Assembly: GCF_006345805.1 (NCBI RefSeq)
Contig: NC_043002.1
Coordinates: forward strand, 35,030,001-35,094,000
DNA length: 64,000 bases
DNA from: Octopus sinensis
Lineage: Eukaryota
Reading direction: 5' to 3'
Position numbers and translations under genes: made by a program. Under the pieces are notes generated by a model. It was not told where the DNA came from. It did no database searches and saw only the letters and a list, made by a program, of their open reading frames with translations. Below, piece by piece: positions 22,713 to 59,382 of this stretch (positions are counted from its first letter, which is position 1; each line of letters begins with the position of its first letter).

Positions 22713-24489
22713 TAACCTACATGAATGGTGAATCACAAGTGGAGTTTTGAGCTTGGTGTTAAAGACACAACTAGTAATAGTAGTTGTAATGTGCAAGAGA
22801 GATAACCATGTAGGTATTGCCATAAGAAGTAATATGTATAAGAGGTGGAAAACCTACTTTTCATTAGGTGCAAATGTAAACTGCACTAGAGAAATATATA
22901 GAAATTAGTAGCAAGGTTAGATTTCATGGATAAGATGATAAATTAATGAATTAGAAGAGTCGTTAGGACATCAGATGGAATACTTCACACTATTTCAGCT
23001 CTCTGTACTCTTGAGTTCAAATCCCACCAACTTCAGTTTTGCTTTCTATTCCTTCTGAGTCAATAAAAAAAGCTGTACCAATTGAAGGCAGTGGATTGAC
23101 AAAACCAGATGTCATATAGTGATTGTTTCAACACTTTGCGTTTGGGTTCAAATTCTACCATGGTCTACGTGGATGGTTGACTTAACCTATTGCTCAGTTT
23201 AACACTACCACTTGGCACTGTGGATGCTTTTAGCAGACCTCACTTGGTTGCAAGCATTTAGTCACGGTTCCTGGTTTGAGGATACTTTCCTCCGTCACCT
23301 ACTACTCTTAGAAGCCTTGAGAGCGGTAGGTGAAGGAGGAAGGTTTTCTGAGTGGATGAAATGTTGACATGTCATATGCAGTACAATGGATCACGGTCCG
23401 TGAATGTTGGGGAAACAAAAAATCTGTGGAGACCGTTACAGCCAAGTCACATATGAATTTACTGTCTGTTAAAGGTGGAGGAAAAACAAACAACTGTGAA
23501 CTTAGTTACATCCAAGCCACAACTGAAATCTGTGGTTTGGAGTTCTTTCTTTAACATAAGATGAAACGTTTCACTGTTTTTTTGTAATACTACAAAACCC
23601 AAACGCAAATTGTTACTTGAAATATGTCTTTTTGGAACAAAGAGGTCTTTACTTAAAAGGTGTTGAAATAACTGTTATGTATAGCTGGTAGTTTGTTTTT
23701 ATCTGTATCCGATCTAATGAGAAACAAAACGAACCAAAGACAGTACCTTGTAGTTATTACATGCAGACGTTTCACTTCGGTAACCACTATCGCCAGCGGT
23801 CGTTTAAACTTGAGAACTTAAGCAAAAGCAGAGTTGTTCCCCTTGACATAATCTGCTCGTTCCCCTGAAGACAAAAATGAATTAAGAGAAATAACTCTGA
23901 GTGACTAGTCACATATTTGAACACTAGTATAAATTTTTGATTTATTTAAAAAAGAAAATCTCCGCTTCTAGACGATGTGTTGTTACCGAATTACAATTAA
24001 AACCAGCCCCACGAAGGGAAAGGAGACATTCTCAAGAATTCTTCAAAATTGACATGCCATTAAGGAAAAGATAGAGATTTCCTTATTTAACTTGCTGTCA
24101 GGAGTGTTATATTCATCTTTGTAGATATTTTCGGGAACAATAGAACAAACCAGTTTCATCAACATTGTAAAATAAGATCAAATAAGCCCATATGATAATT
24201 TTTATAATGGCTCAATTAAGGAAGTATCTACATTTAATGATTCACCACGTTTTCTTATTCACATTGCCAAGCTTTTTCTAAAATGCTACAGCAAGCTATC
24301 ATTTACCATAATAGTTTTTTTAGTCCCGTTTGTTTCATATACAGATTTAAATTCAAGGCTTCATATATTAACACCACTGGACTTCTGTTGAACACACCAC
24401 TTGTACACAACTTCTTTTATGGTTTTAGCTGGTCTAACTTCCATGTATTTCCTACTACGCACTGCAGAGACACGTTTAATGTTATAAAC

Positions 24490-24622
24490 ATCATCATCAT
24501 CGTTTTAAGTCCGCTTTCCATGCTGGCATGAGTTAGACGGTTTGACTGAGGACTGGTGAGCCAGAGGCTGCACCAGGTTCAATCTGATCTGGCAAAGTTT
24601 CTACAGCTGGATGCCCTTCGTA
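24490..24622 (+). mobile_element. Interspersed repeat family C ((CAT)n-headed; ttccatgctggcatg...ctacagctggatgcccttcc)
   Basis: Related degenerate copies at about 4660-4860, 12400-12480, 36625-36810(-), 43020-43165(-), 50845-51020, 56650-56790, 59160-59250(-) and 63205-63330. Confidence 0.7.
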
Positions 24623-24775
24623 ACCATGATGGGCCAATCATAAAGGAAGCTATGAGGTGAATAGAAGTGTGTGGAGCCCATAAGAAGGTACCCTTGTTAG
24701 ATTTACCTGCCAGACATAGTCTATGGCTTTGCTGATTTCTAGAGAAACAACATCGCACTCACTGAACTTTTCTAA
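24620..24775 (-). mobile_element. LINE reverse-transcriptase fragment (CR1/L2/Jockey type)
   Basis: ECDVVSLEISKAIDYVWQ...PSYG matches the xLDISKAFDRVWH...LPSYG RT motif. Confidence 0.65.
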
Positions 24776-25029
24776 TGCAAGAACCCGTCCATCCGCGCGT
24801 GTGTGAGTATGTGTGTGTGTGTGGCATTTTGATAAAAACGTAAATACTTTCTTTTACTCATAATAAAATTGTGAAAGCATTTTCTTCTTTTAGTACACAC
24901 GCACATACGCACGAGAAAGAGAGAGTGAGTAAGTGAACGAGTGAGAGTTGTTATGAGACGTAGGAATAAAACATTTTCAAATCACTTAAGCAGTCAATTA
25001 ACAGAAAACCAACTATCCTGACTAATAAG

Positions 25030-25270
25030 GACACTTAAAAATAGAGAACAAATTTAAATACTCTCATGAAAGGGAGAGAAGAAATATAAAGAAAGCTCTT
25101 ACTAGGAATACAAAAGCAAGCCCTAAAGTTTTCTACAAATTCGCTTGAGAATCATCCACAGGACAACCTAAAACAAAGTGAGTCCATCATTCTAAAGAGA
25201 CAACAGACCCCAAAAGAATAACCAAATTACTGAATGAGCAGTTCTACATTATTTTTACACCCACCCCCAC
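25030..25270 (+). mobile_element. CR1-like LINE ORF2 linker fragment
   Basis: TKASPKVFYKFA...TTDPKRITKLLNEQF motif. Confidence 0.55.
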
Positions 25271-25383
25271 TAGGACAAATGCAGGTGAACAAACCAAACG
25301 AGTTCTTTCACACCATAGATCTATATAAAGAAGCAGCAACCATCAATTACATTGGCATAAAAGTAGATGGAATATTGACAATA

Positions 25384-25552
25384 GAGCTGGCAGAATCGTT
25401 AGCGCGCCGGGCAAATTGCTTAGTGGCATTTCGTCTATGTTCTGAGTTCAAATTCCGCTAAGGCCAACTTTGCCTTTCATCCCTTCGAGGTTGATAGAAT
25501 AAGTACCAGTTGAACACTAGGGTGGGTGCAATCGACTCATTCCCCGAAATTG
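25384..25552 (+). mobile_element. SINE family B (CpG-rich, younger-looking)
   Basis: gagctggcagaatcgttagcgcgccgggcaaa...ctgagttcaaattccgc...ataagtaccagttgaacact. Confidence 0.8.
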
Positions 25553-26220
25553 ACAATAGATGAAATGAACTCAGCAATAGGGCTCGAAAACTTGCATGTA
25601 AACAAGTTCTTGTTAAGCCACTCCAGATACTATTTGAAAGTTTCTTGGTAAATTGGAAATGTCCATAAAAGTTAACGGAGGCATAACATCCCCTGTTCAT
25701 AAGGTGGGGAGTAGAGTAAGCACTAAAATTTACAGGCTTACCTCTCTGACTTCACATATCAGCAGTCATGAAACAACTTATTAGAAAACTAATCACATTC
25801 TCAGAAGAACGTTACTAGTACACAATATCATTTTCACTCACGAAGAAGCTGCCTTACATAGCTCCTGCATCACTACAACTGGGTGCAGAATTAGCTGCTC
25901 AACCACATAGATTTGACCATGTATGTTGTGTCACAACCTGCATGTTTCCCGCATAGTTGGAAAAATTAGAATCGTTTGTAAGGGTGATAACTAAGAACTG
26001 CTAAGGGAGATAATTTATAACTTTCATCTGATTCTTACAGAAAATAAGGAATTTTAAATACCAAAGCAATTCATTTTTCTTGTTGATATTTTCCAAAATC
26101 AACATTATTAGTTCCAGAAAATATTTTTTTAAAATTTAATTCATTATATTCCATAACTTACGACATAAAACAACAAAATTCTATATTAAGTATTCTAAAA
26201 AAAAACATTTATATATAAAC

Positions 26221-26513
26221 GGCGCAGGCGTGGCAATGCGGTAAGATATTTGCTTCCCAATCACATGGTTCCAGTTTGAATCCCACTGCGTGGCATCTTG
26301 GGCAAGTATCTCGTCCTATAGCCCTGAGCCAAAACTTTGTGGGTGAGTGGGTTTGGTAGACAGAAACTGTAGGAAGCCCGTCGTGTGTGTTGGTGTGTTT
26401 ATGTACCCGTCACTTAGCGATTCAGCAAAAGAGACAAATTAATAAATGCTAGGGTCGATTTGTTCAGCCAACCCCCCAGCACGGTCACAGTCCAGTGACT
26501 GAAACAAGTAAAA
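26221..26513 (+). mobile_element. SINE family A (older, internally deleted)
   Basis: ggcgcaggcgtggc...tcccactgcgtggca...gactgaaacaagtaaaa. Confidence 0.8.
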
Positions 26514-27299
26514 ATTAAATTATCAAAAACGGAGACAGGGCCAAAAAACTGAGGATTCAATGTAATTGATTTATATCAACTTCGGTATGTGGTTGCTACT
26601 TTATTTTATTACCCCTAGTAAAAGTAAAGGTGAACTCATTATTATAGCAGTGTTCAGTACATTTGTAACAGTAAACCATATGCTAGCCATTTGGATTGTA
26701 TCATTAAATGCAATGTTATCTATCGTATCAAAATAGTGGATTAACTACTGCAGGGTGACTACTTTATTTCTATCACATGTGAGGATGTATTTTTAACATT
26801 TCCAGATATTTATACAATACATATATATATTAGGAAAAATTACTAACAATGAAAAATATGGTTCAATTAAGCTGCATCACTCACAAGAAATTTTATCATT
26901 CCTAAATAAATTATTTATTGAACCAAAGCCAATATTCCTGGCAGTTACTCCAAAACAATGATGATTAAGGTATACTCTTATCCTAAGCAAACTATTCAGC
27001 CTCTTTCTTTCTATATACCTTTGCTTGATCACACAATTAGGTCATGTCTGATACCCTAGAATAGACACATTTTCATGCCTCTTAATAGCATCCTATTTTC
27101 CAGTCTAACATTTCCAAAAATGTACACTTTTTTTAGCTCCATCAATTTGACATCCAAAAATCCTGTATCTAACAGTCCAAGTTTAGATAAGCAGCACGGA
27201 GTAGGAAGGACTCAATACAATAAAATGCTTAACTGTTTCATAAGCTCGTAGTGAGGAGTTGATGGGGATTTTTGTAAGTTGAAGGCCAATCAGCTTTGT

Positions 27300-27535
27300 C
27301 CTTAGATATCAGTTGTTAGTTGTCGGAGCACTGCATCCTTCAAAACTTCCATGCTTCCTGAGATTCGCTAACACTACACCTGATTTTCTCCCCTCCATAC
27401 ACACACTAGCATGTATCTGACTCATACACTATTAACTTTCCAGACATTTGTACATTACTGCATATGCTTTATACACACTTTTGACAAGTTGTGGTGCAGC
27501 TGAGCACTGTATACAATAATTTCATTAATATCATC
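27300..27535 (+). mobile_element. CR1-like LINE 3' end with 3' UTR
   Basis: SCRSTASFKTSMLPEIR*HYT* followed by a UTR ending tgagcactgtatacaataatttcatta. Confidence 0.55.
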
Positions 27536-28031
27536 TAGTATTACATCTTTGATTATACTCCATCAAAGTGACATTATCACTAAATATACACAATATGAAG
27601 TCTACAGAGTATTCCTTAACTTAATTATTGTGGTGCACACAATTTTTTACTACTAAAACCCAGACATCAACCTATTTCCATTAAAGTTCATTTAACTAAT
27701 TCTTTCCATTGCATTTTTACCTACTAAAACCCATCACATATATGACTGCTACCATGTACAACACCTCTGTCTTTGCATTCCACAATACATTCTATATAAC
27801 TTCACACATATTGGAACATCATCCTAGCCACCTCCTTCATAAGCAATGATCAGTGGCCTTATTTCAGAGATAATAGAACAAAAATTCATTCCAACAATAC
27901 AATAATCTTCTAAATGGGATATTTTAAGAATCCATCAAAAAATCAGTTTTATTTTATAAAGTTACAACATTGATTTATGATCATAGATCAGCTTTATAGT
28001 CATTTAAAATATTTGAACACTGAAGACAGTG

Positions 28032-28425
28032 ACCATGCTGTTGTATACACACCACTCAATAGCAATGTTGTACAAACACCATTCAATAGCTATATTTTAT
28101 ACACACCATTCAATGACCCTATTGTTGTATACACGTCTTAATGGCCATGTTACTATATACATACCATTCAGTGACCATGTTATATACAACCCTCAATAAT
28201 CATGTTGTGTGCACACACCACTCAATGGTCATAATGTTAGATACACCATTCAATAGGCCTGTTGTTGTATACACCCCATTCAATGGCCAAGTTGTATTCC
28301 TCATTCAATGGCCCTGGTATGATATATACACCATGGTGTTAGATACACTCTTCAATGGCCATGTTATATACACTACTCGTTGACTATGCTGTATATATAC
28401 CATTCAATGATCAAACTGCCATATA
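28032..28425. repeat. Degenerate ~28-31-bp minisatellite, roughly 13-14 units
   Basis: Consensus approximately CAATGGCCATGTTGTATACACACCATT; units abut directly with no unique spacers. Confidence 0.85.
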
Positions 28426-29989
28426 GACTATATTGTTATATACATCCTTGATCTAATTTATGGCAGCCGAAAGGGAACCCTCTATGTGGTCAACAGGTAT
28501 GTAAGAAATAGCAGTCACATTTCCTTCTAATAACGTTAGATAATGTAATCCTATATGGACCAAAATGATGTGGTGATGACTGGAATTCCTTTGATCATCG
28601 ATTGACAGCATCAAGTAGGGGTTAAATGATAATAGATCATTTACATTTCTCATAATAGACATGATTGTCAAGGTTTGCTTCATTATAGCCTCTGACATTA
28701 CAAAATTAACTTCATAAGATTTTAACATGTTTCTGTCTACAAAGTAGCTTCAAAATTTTTATTTGAATCCATTGATAATAATCATCTCTGCTCTCAATGA
28801 ACCATTTTAACAGCATCTCCAAAAGCAGGGCTACATATATGCTGATTTCAAACAATTCAGTCATTCAAATAATACATGCAGCATCCAAGTCTCTTCGCAA
28901 CACTTGGGGGAAAGGGTTTTTACCTACACCTCACTTACATATTTAACACCCCCTCACTCTTACTCTCTGCCCACACCTACCTCACTCTACCCACATCTCT
29001 CTCAAGTAGTTATGGGCCCTACAGCTGCCGCAACTGGCACTAAACCCTAAAAACGATGTGGCCCATTTAGGGCAAAAGACACATGAAGTTAACAAATATG
29101 ATGAAATGGACTAAGTTACGAGTTCGATAAAAAACTACAAAGGAAAAACTCTAGGCGTTTTTCAACCTGCTCGACATAGAAGCCAAATTTTCCTCTAACA
29201 TTTTAAGAAAATTACAACTGGAATGCTTTTGTTTACAAGTCAGTTTGATCAGGGTAGACCTGGGGTTAAAACAACTTTAATAATCCTGATTTATTCATTT
29301 GTGAACTACTTTAACTGACTTTAACTAAATTTCAAGTCAACAAAAACAAAATGCAATGTGAAGAGATTAATGGAAGACCCATTTCATTTAGAGGAAAAAA
29401 ACAAAAATGATTGATATGTTGATATGTTGTTGTTAAGGCCTAGGCCAGCACCTGTTCTGATCAAATGTTCCAACCACAAGCATCTCATCTTATTTTAACA
29501 CAACTGTGATTTGAGTGAGATATGGCTGCTACTTTAGCATGTGGTCACTCTATTGTTGGTTCATGCAAACAAAGAAATATTGTATTTAATATCCACAGAT
29601 GGAAACAATGCAGATACAATGATTTCATCTAATAGTCATCCCATTTAATACCAAAGGAAAATGAATATTTGAATTAGTGTTACTTTGGTAACAAAAACTA
29701 TCTTTGAAAAGTTACTCTGTAGCCATGTAAAAATAAAGCAAGACTATCTTAGTACCCAGCTGATTTATTAGGGGTCATTGGCTGAAAGATTCCTAAAACC
29801 ATTCATTGACTGACTTCAGTGACAAAGCAATGTCTGTGCAACAATAAATACCACTAGGAACTTTAGTACAATGCACCAATTTATTAGTATATTTTTCACC
29901 ATTATATATATATATATATATATATTGCTAATATAATCAGATAGATTTAGTCATTGCTTGTACAGGTCAAACAATTTGGAGTAGATTTT

Positions 29990-30255
29990 TCAATGACCAG
30001 ATCCCCTATTCTCCTGACTTAACCCCATCTGTCATCTCTTCGCCAACATGAAAAAACACTTAACTGGGAACCAATATCACAGCGATGATGACTTTTTGAC
30101 CAACAGGATGAAAGCTTCTTCACCAATGAGATCCAAGCACTGCAACACCAATGGAAGTGTGTGGGCCACAAGGGAAATCTATGTGGAAAAATAAACCTCA
30201 TTTAATCACATCAGAGTATCTTGGTCAGCTTATGAACTTTTCAGCCAACCCGAAT
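29990..30255 (+). mobile_element. Mariner (DD34D-type) transposase 3' fragment with right terminal inverted repeat
   Basis: PYSPDLTPS, then (frameshifted) HLFANMKKHLTGNQYHSDD...QQDESFFTNEIQALQHQW...YVEK*; terminal sequence gagtatcttggtcagcttatgaacttttcagccaaccc. Confidence 0.8.
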
Positions 30256-30639
30256 ATGATCTGAGTGACACACAGCAAATGAAACCAGTCAACATTGTTA
30301 AGTATCACCTTGGTTTCCCAAATACAACAGACAGTTAGAAGGGCCTGAGATTTGTGGGGGCTTTTGCAGCTCTTCTATCAGCTTCACCCACACAATCTTT
30401 GCATGCTAATGAGCAAGATGATCTTGGGAATGTTTCTAGATGTTTGAAGAAATCTTGCCTACCTACTTCATTTGAGGTACAAACATCCATGTCCCACCTT
30501 CATTCATATGCTGCTCTTGTCGAGAACCGCTGACTTACCATCCAGGTCTAAGAAAATCACACTTCAAAACAATGTGAATAACTAAGCATTACATTTGATA
30601 GAATAATCCTGAATGCTAAATGGTTAAAATTTCCCAAGT

Positions 30640-31910
30640 CATATAGAAAAGTTTGAACATGTAATAAACTTCTGGTGTGGTTCTCACTAGAAGTCTCCCT
30701 TGTAGGGTTTTTGATATGGTTACCACATCAAGGCCCTCACCTAAGGTAAACATTTTGCCTTTGAGTATACATGTTCCATTAACTTCATTGATTTTTTTTT
30801 TTTTGAGAACTGCATCATTGAGATGTACACTGGAGTATCGTTGTTACTGTTGGCTTTTTTTCATCTCTTGTTGCTGTTGTTTCTGCTGTTCTTAGAGTGT
30901 CTCCTGCAGTTACTGTGACTGATGTAGCTGCTGTTCTTAGTGATGATATTGTTGGTTTGTCTCCAGCTGTTGTGCTTAACCCTTTATTTAGCATTCAGAT
31001 TACTCTGCTAAATGTTAATGCTTATTTATTCAAATTGTTTTGAATCGACTATGCAGTATCTTGTAGCTTCAAGGTTTTTATGATGTAATTGTTTTTATTT
31101 TTAGAATGAGATGGTAGAATAGGTGTGAGAGGCAGGATATGGCCAGTCTGAACATAAAATAAGTAGAATATTTGGGCCAGATATGGCTGGTTTAAATGCT
31201 AATGGGTTAATGTAGTTTCTTTTCCTGAAGCTATTGTTGTGTTGTAATTGTTCATTTGTTGACTGGTTTGATTGTTTGGCTGCAGCTTTTTGGGAGTTGT
31301 TTAACTTGGTACAACTGACCTTTTGGTGGGAGGGAGCAAACAACTTCTCTTCCTTTTTGAGTCTTTCTACAATATGCCAGCTCAACACATTTGTATCATT
31401 TACCACCTCTAGATCTAAAGGCTTTGAAAATATGGAAGGAGCACTAACGTTTGCTTTGCATGGTTTTGTTACTGGTGTTGGTATTGTTGTAATTGTTGTT
31501 ATTGTTGTTGGTGGTCGTGGTGGTAGGAAGACTAGTTTCTCTGCATGTATGTGCAGAGGAAGCCATTGTTGGATATTTTTGTATTCATGCCACTGGCTCT
31601 GTTGATTTACTTGCAGAAGTGTGGATATTAGTAACAGTGATTATCTGAAGCACTCAGCTCTTTTCTCTCCCATAGAGCAGAAAGTCTTGAGGTGATCTAT
31701 TTTGCCACACATTTAACACAGACTTTACTGTTAGCAATCACGTCATGCTCCTCAGTCATCGCCACCACTCCAGCTTGATCCCTATGTGGTGACACACTGG
31801 TGAACTGTATTTTCATTGTCCATCTTCCTAGGTATAATGGGATCGTGATAAACACTTGGAACTAGCAAGTGGTAATAGCTACACACCTGGCTTCCACCTC
31901 ATTCTTACAA
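30640..31910 (-). mobile_element. Decayed gag-like/ORF1 remnant with CCHC zinc knuckle and Thr-rich tail (probable LINE ORF1)
   Basis: C*MCGKIDHLKTFC (CX2CX4HX4C with one stop) at 31677-31718; a degenerate knuckle just upstream; downstream T/S/A-rich reading frame interrupted by a MITE. Confidence 0.55.
30976..31210. mobile_element. TTAA-flanked non-autonomous element (piggyBac-like MITE)
   Basis: TTAA|CCCTTT...gcattc at the left end and aatgctaatGGG|TTAA at the right; related to the copy at 44148-44366. Confidence 0.75.
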
Positions 31911-31964
31911 ACAACTACTGTCCCATGTACTTCTATCCTACAATAGACATACATACATAAATAT

Positions 31965-32340
31965 AGGAGTGGCTGTGTGGTAAGTAGTTTGCTTACCAAC
32001 CACATGGTTCCGGGTTAAGTCCCACTGCGTGGCACCTTGGGCAAATGTCTTCTACTATAGCCTCGGGCCGACCAAAGCTTTGAGTGGATTTGGTAGACGG
32101 AAACTGAAAGAAGCCCGTCGTGTATATATATATGTACGTGTGTGTATATGTTTGTCTCCTTCAACATCGCTTGACAACCGATGCTGGTGTGTTTACATCT
32201 CCGTAATTTAGCGGTTCGGCAAAACAGACCATTAGAATGAGTACTAGGCTTACAAAGAATAAGTCCTGGGGTCGATTTGCTCGACTAAAGGCGGTGCTCC
32301 AGCATGGCCACAGTCAAATGACTGAAACAAGTAAAAGAGT
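31965..32340 (+). mobile_element. SINE family A
   Basis: ggagtggctgtgtggtaag...aaatgactgaaacaagtaaaagag. Confidence 0.9.
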
Positions 32341-33873
32341 ATATATCCTAGAGTAAACCACACTATCTGCGGGCAGTTTTCTATTTGTGCTGGATTAGGA
32401 TATTGAGTAATTTTCTTTCCTTTTGATTTCCAATTTGTAAACAATGTTTTGTTTTTAGTTTCTTGGTATCTTTATACCTCAGCAACTGGAAGTTTCATCA
32501 ATCCCAAGGATGTAATATCACATTCATACTTTTTTTTTTTTTTTACATATACTTGCTTGTAACTAACTGACAAGTTAATACACTCACTACTGGTTATTAA
32601 AGCAGTAAATAAAGTTTTCATTTTGGTCTTATTGCTACTATTGTGTCTTCTTACTTCAGAAAAGCAAATGAACAGACACCAGTGTTTTTATTACTCTCCT
32701 TTGACGTCATCTGTTATTGTCATAGTTACCACAACCATATTCTGAGTAAGACTATCACTTGATGAACACATGGCTCTGCTTCTTTCCTTTGTGTATTTAC
32801 AATCTTTCAATTACTCGGCATTACATTCCTAAGCACTGAATATAATTTCTTCACAAACATATATGTTATTTTTTCAAACAAAAACAGACAATTCTGCAAA
32901 ACAAAATTTAAGACCAGACTTCCTCCACTATGTGGCAGGAAGAAGAATGTCAGAAATCTCACCAAAAGAAGTGGGCCTGTTATTCTATTCAGGTGACAAA
33001 AATTTCAAACCAAATACATTCCAATATGGGTTACTGAGTTGAGATCAAGTATACCTTTCATATGTCAAACATAATAATATTAATAATAAACAACCATAAA
33101 GTTATATTACGTTTTTTTTTTTTTTGTTTAATATATAATAAAAAGATGACATCTTTTATTGCTGGAAGTTCTATGAACTACAGGTGACTGAAATATTGGC
33201 CAAAATGTGATAACTAGAAAATATTCACTTAACATTTCTGAAATGTTTCTGTAAACATTTAGCTGAAATTAAAAAAAAAAAACCAATAGATGAAAACAAA
33301 AGAGGAAGATGGTTAATTAAGAGAGTAAGTTAATTGTGTTGGAAGATAGATACAGGTTGATGTAAGAAAGGAACAAAAAAATGAACAATGATGTGATTGA
33401 GATGACTGATTTGTTCTTTCACTAGATAATGAATTTATAAGAGAAATTATAATGACTGTTGAAAACAGCAGCAAGACATTGAGGTGAACAAGTCCAGCTG
33501 TGGGTAAACAGTGTGATCCAGGTGATATCACTGATGTATTGGGAAAAACAGAGCTGTTAGAGAAAGAAGTAGAGTGACACGATGATGAAACAGATGATAT
33601 TATGATGATGATAATAATAATAATGGTAGTGAAGATGATAATAATGATGATGATGAATAGCAGTAATATCATTACTACTACTTGTAGGAAGAATGGCTGT
33701 GACAGTAAAATAGATCAGTTTCCTAACAAAACAGAGCTGTTCCATAACTTTTAATAGTATGGCTGACAGTAACTATAAGTGTATATCTAGAAATAAAACA
33801 GTGGTATGATGAAGCTAAGGTGATTGGAAAGAGAAAAGGTGAGCGAAAAGAAAACACTGTGTGGCTTAAAGAT

Positions 33874-58931
<25,058 letters not shown>

Positions 58932-59382
58932 CTGAAATAAAAAAAAATTTCATCAATCATGTGGATAAAAAAAAAAAAAGACTATAATATAATTCCTAGC
59001 ATTAGCACCAGACTGTGTTTTCTGGAGTGGTAGAGTCAATTAAATCAAACAAAGTTTCATACTCTATTTTTTTGGAAAAATAGAAAGGTAAACTTGACTA
59101 TAGTGGGATTTCAAGTCAAAACATAATATTAAGTAAATACTACAAGGCATTTTGTTTGATGGAGTTTGATGCAGCCTCCTGGCTTGCCAGTCCCCAGTCA
59201 AACCACCCAATGCATGCCAGCATGGAAAACGGACGTTAAACAATGAAGATGATAAAAAGTACTATACACAGAAATTAGACATTTTGATCTAAACTTCCTT
59301 CTGTAAAAATAGTGATTCAACTTAGCAAATTAAATAGAATTTATAACAGACAAAGCAGAAACATTGGCATAATGAATCACTG

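Noticed and set aside
24708-24772. Apparent minus-strand exon with CAG|gtaaat donor
   Set aside because: The translation continues past the donor as a LINE RT motif (ISKAxDxVW...PSYG), so it is a retroelement fragment.
28032-28425. CRISPR-like look of the ~29-bp repeat array
   Set aside because: Units abut without unique spacers, are degenerate, there are no cas genes, and the context is eukaryotic. It is a minisatellite.
29036-29075. TAAACCCTAA telo-box-like and GGCCCA motifs
   Set aside because: Single occurrence; these motifs are meaningful in plant promoters and are expected by chance here.
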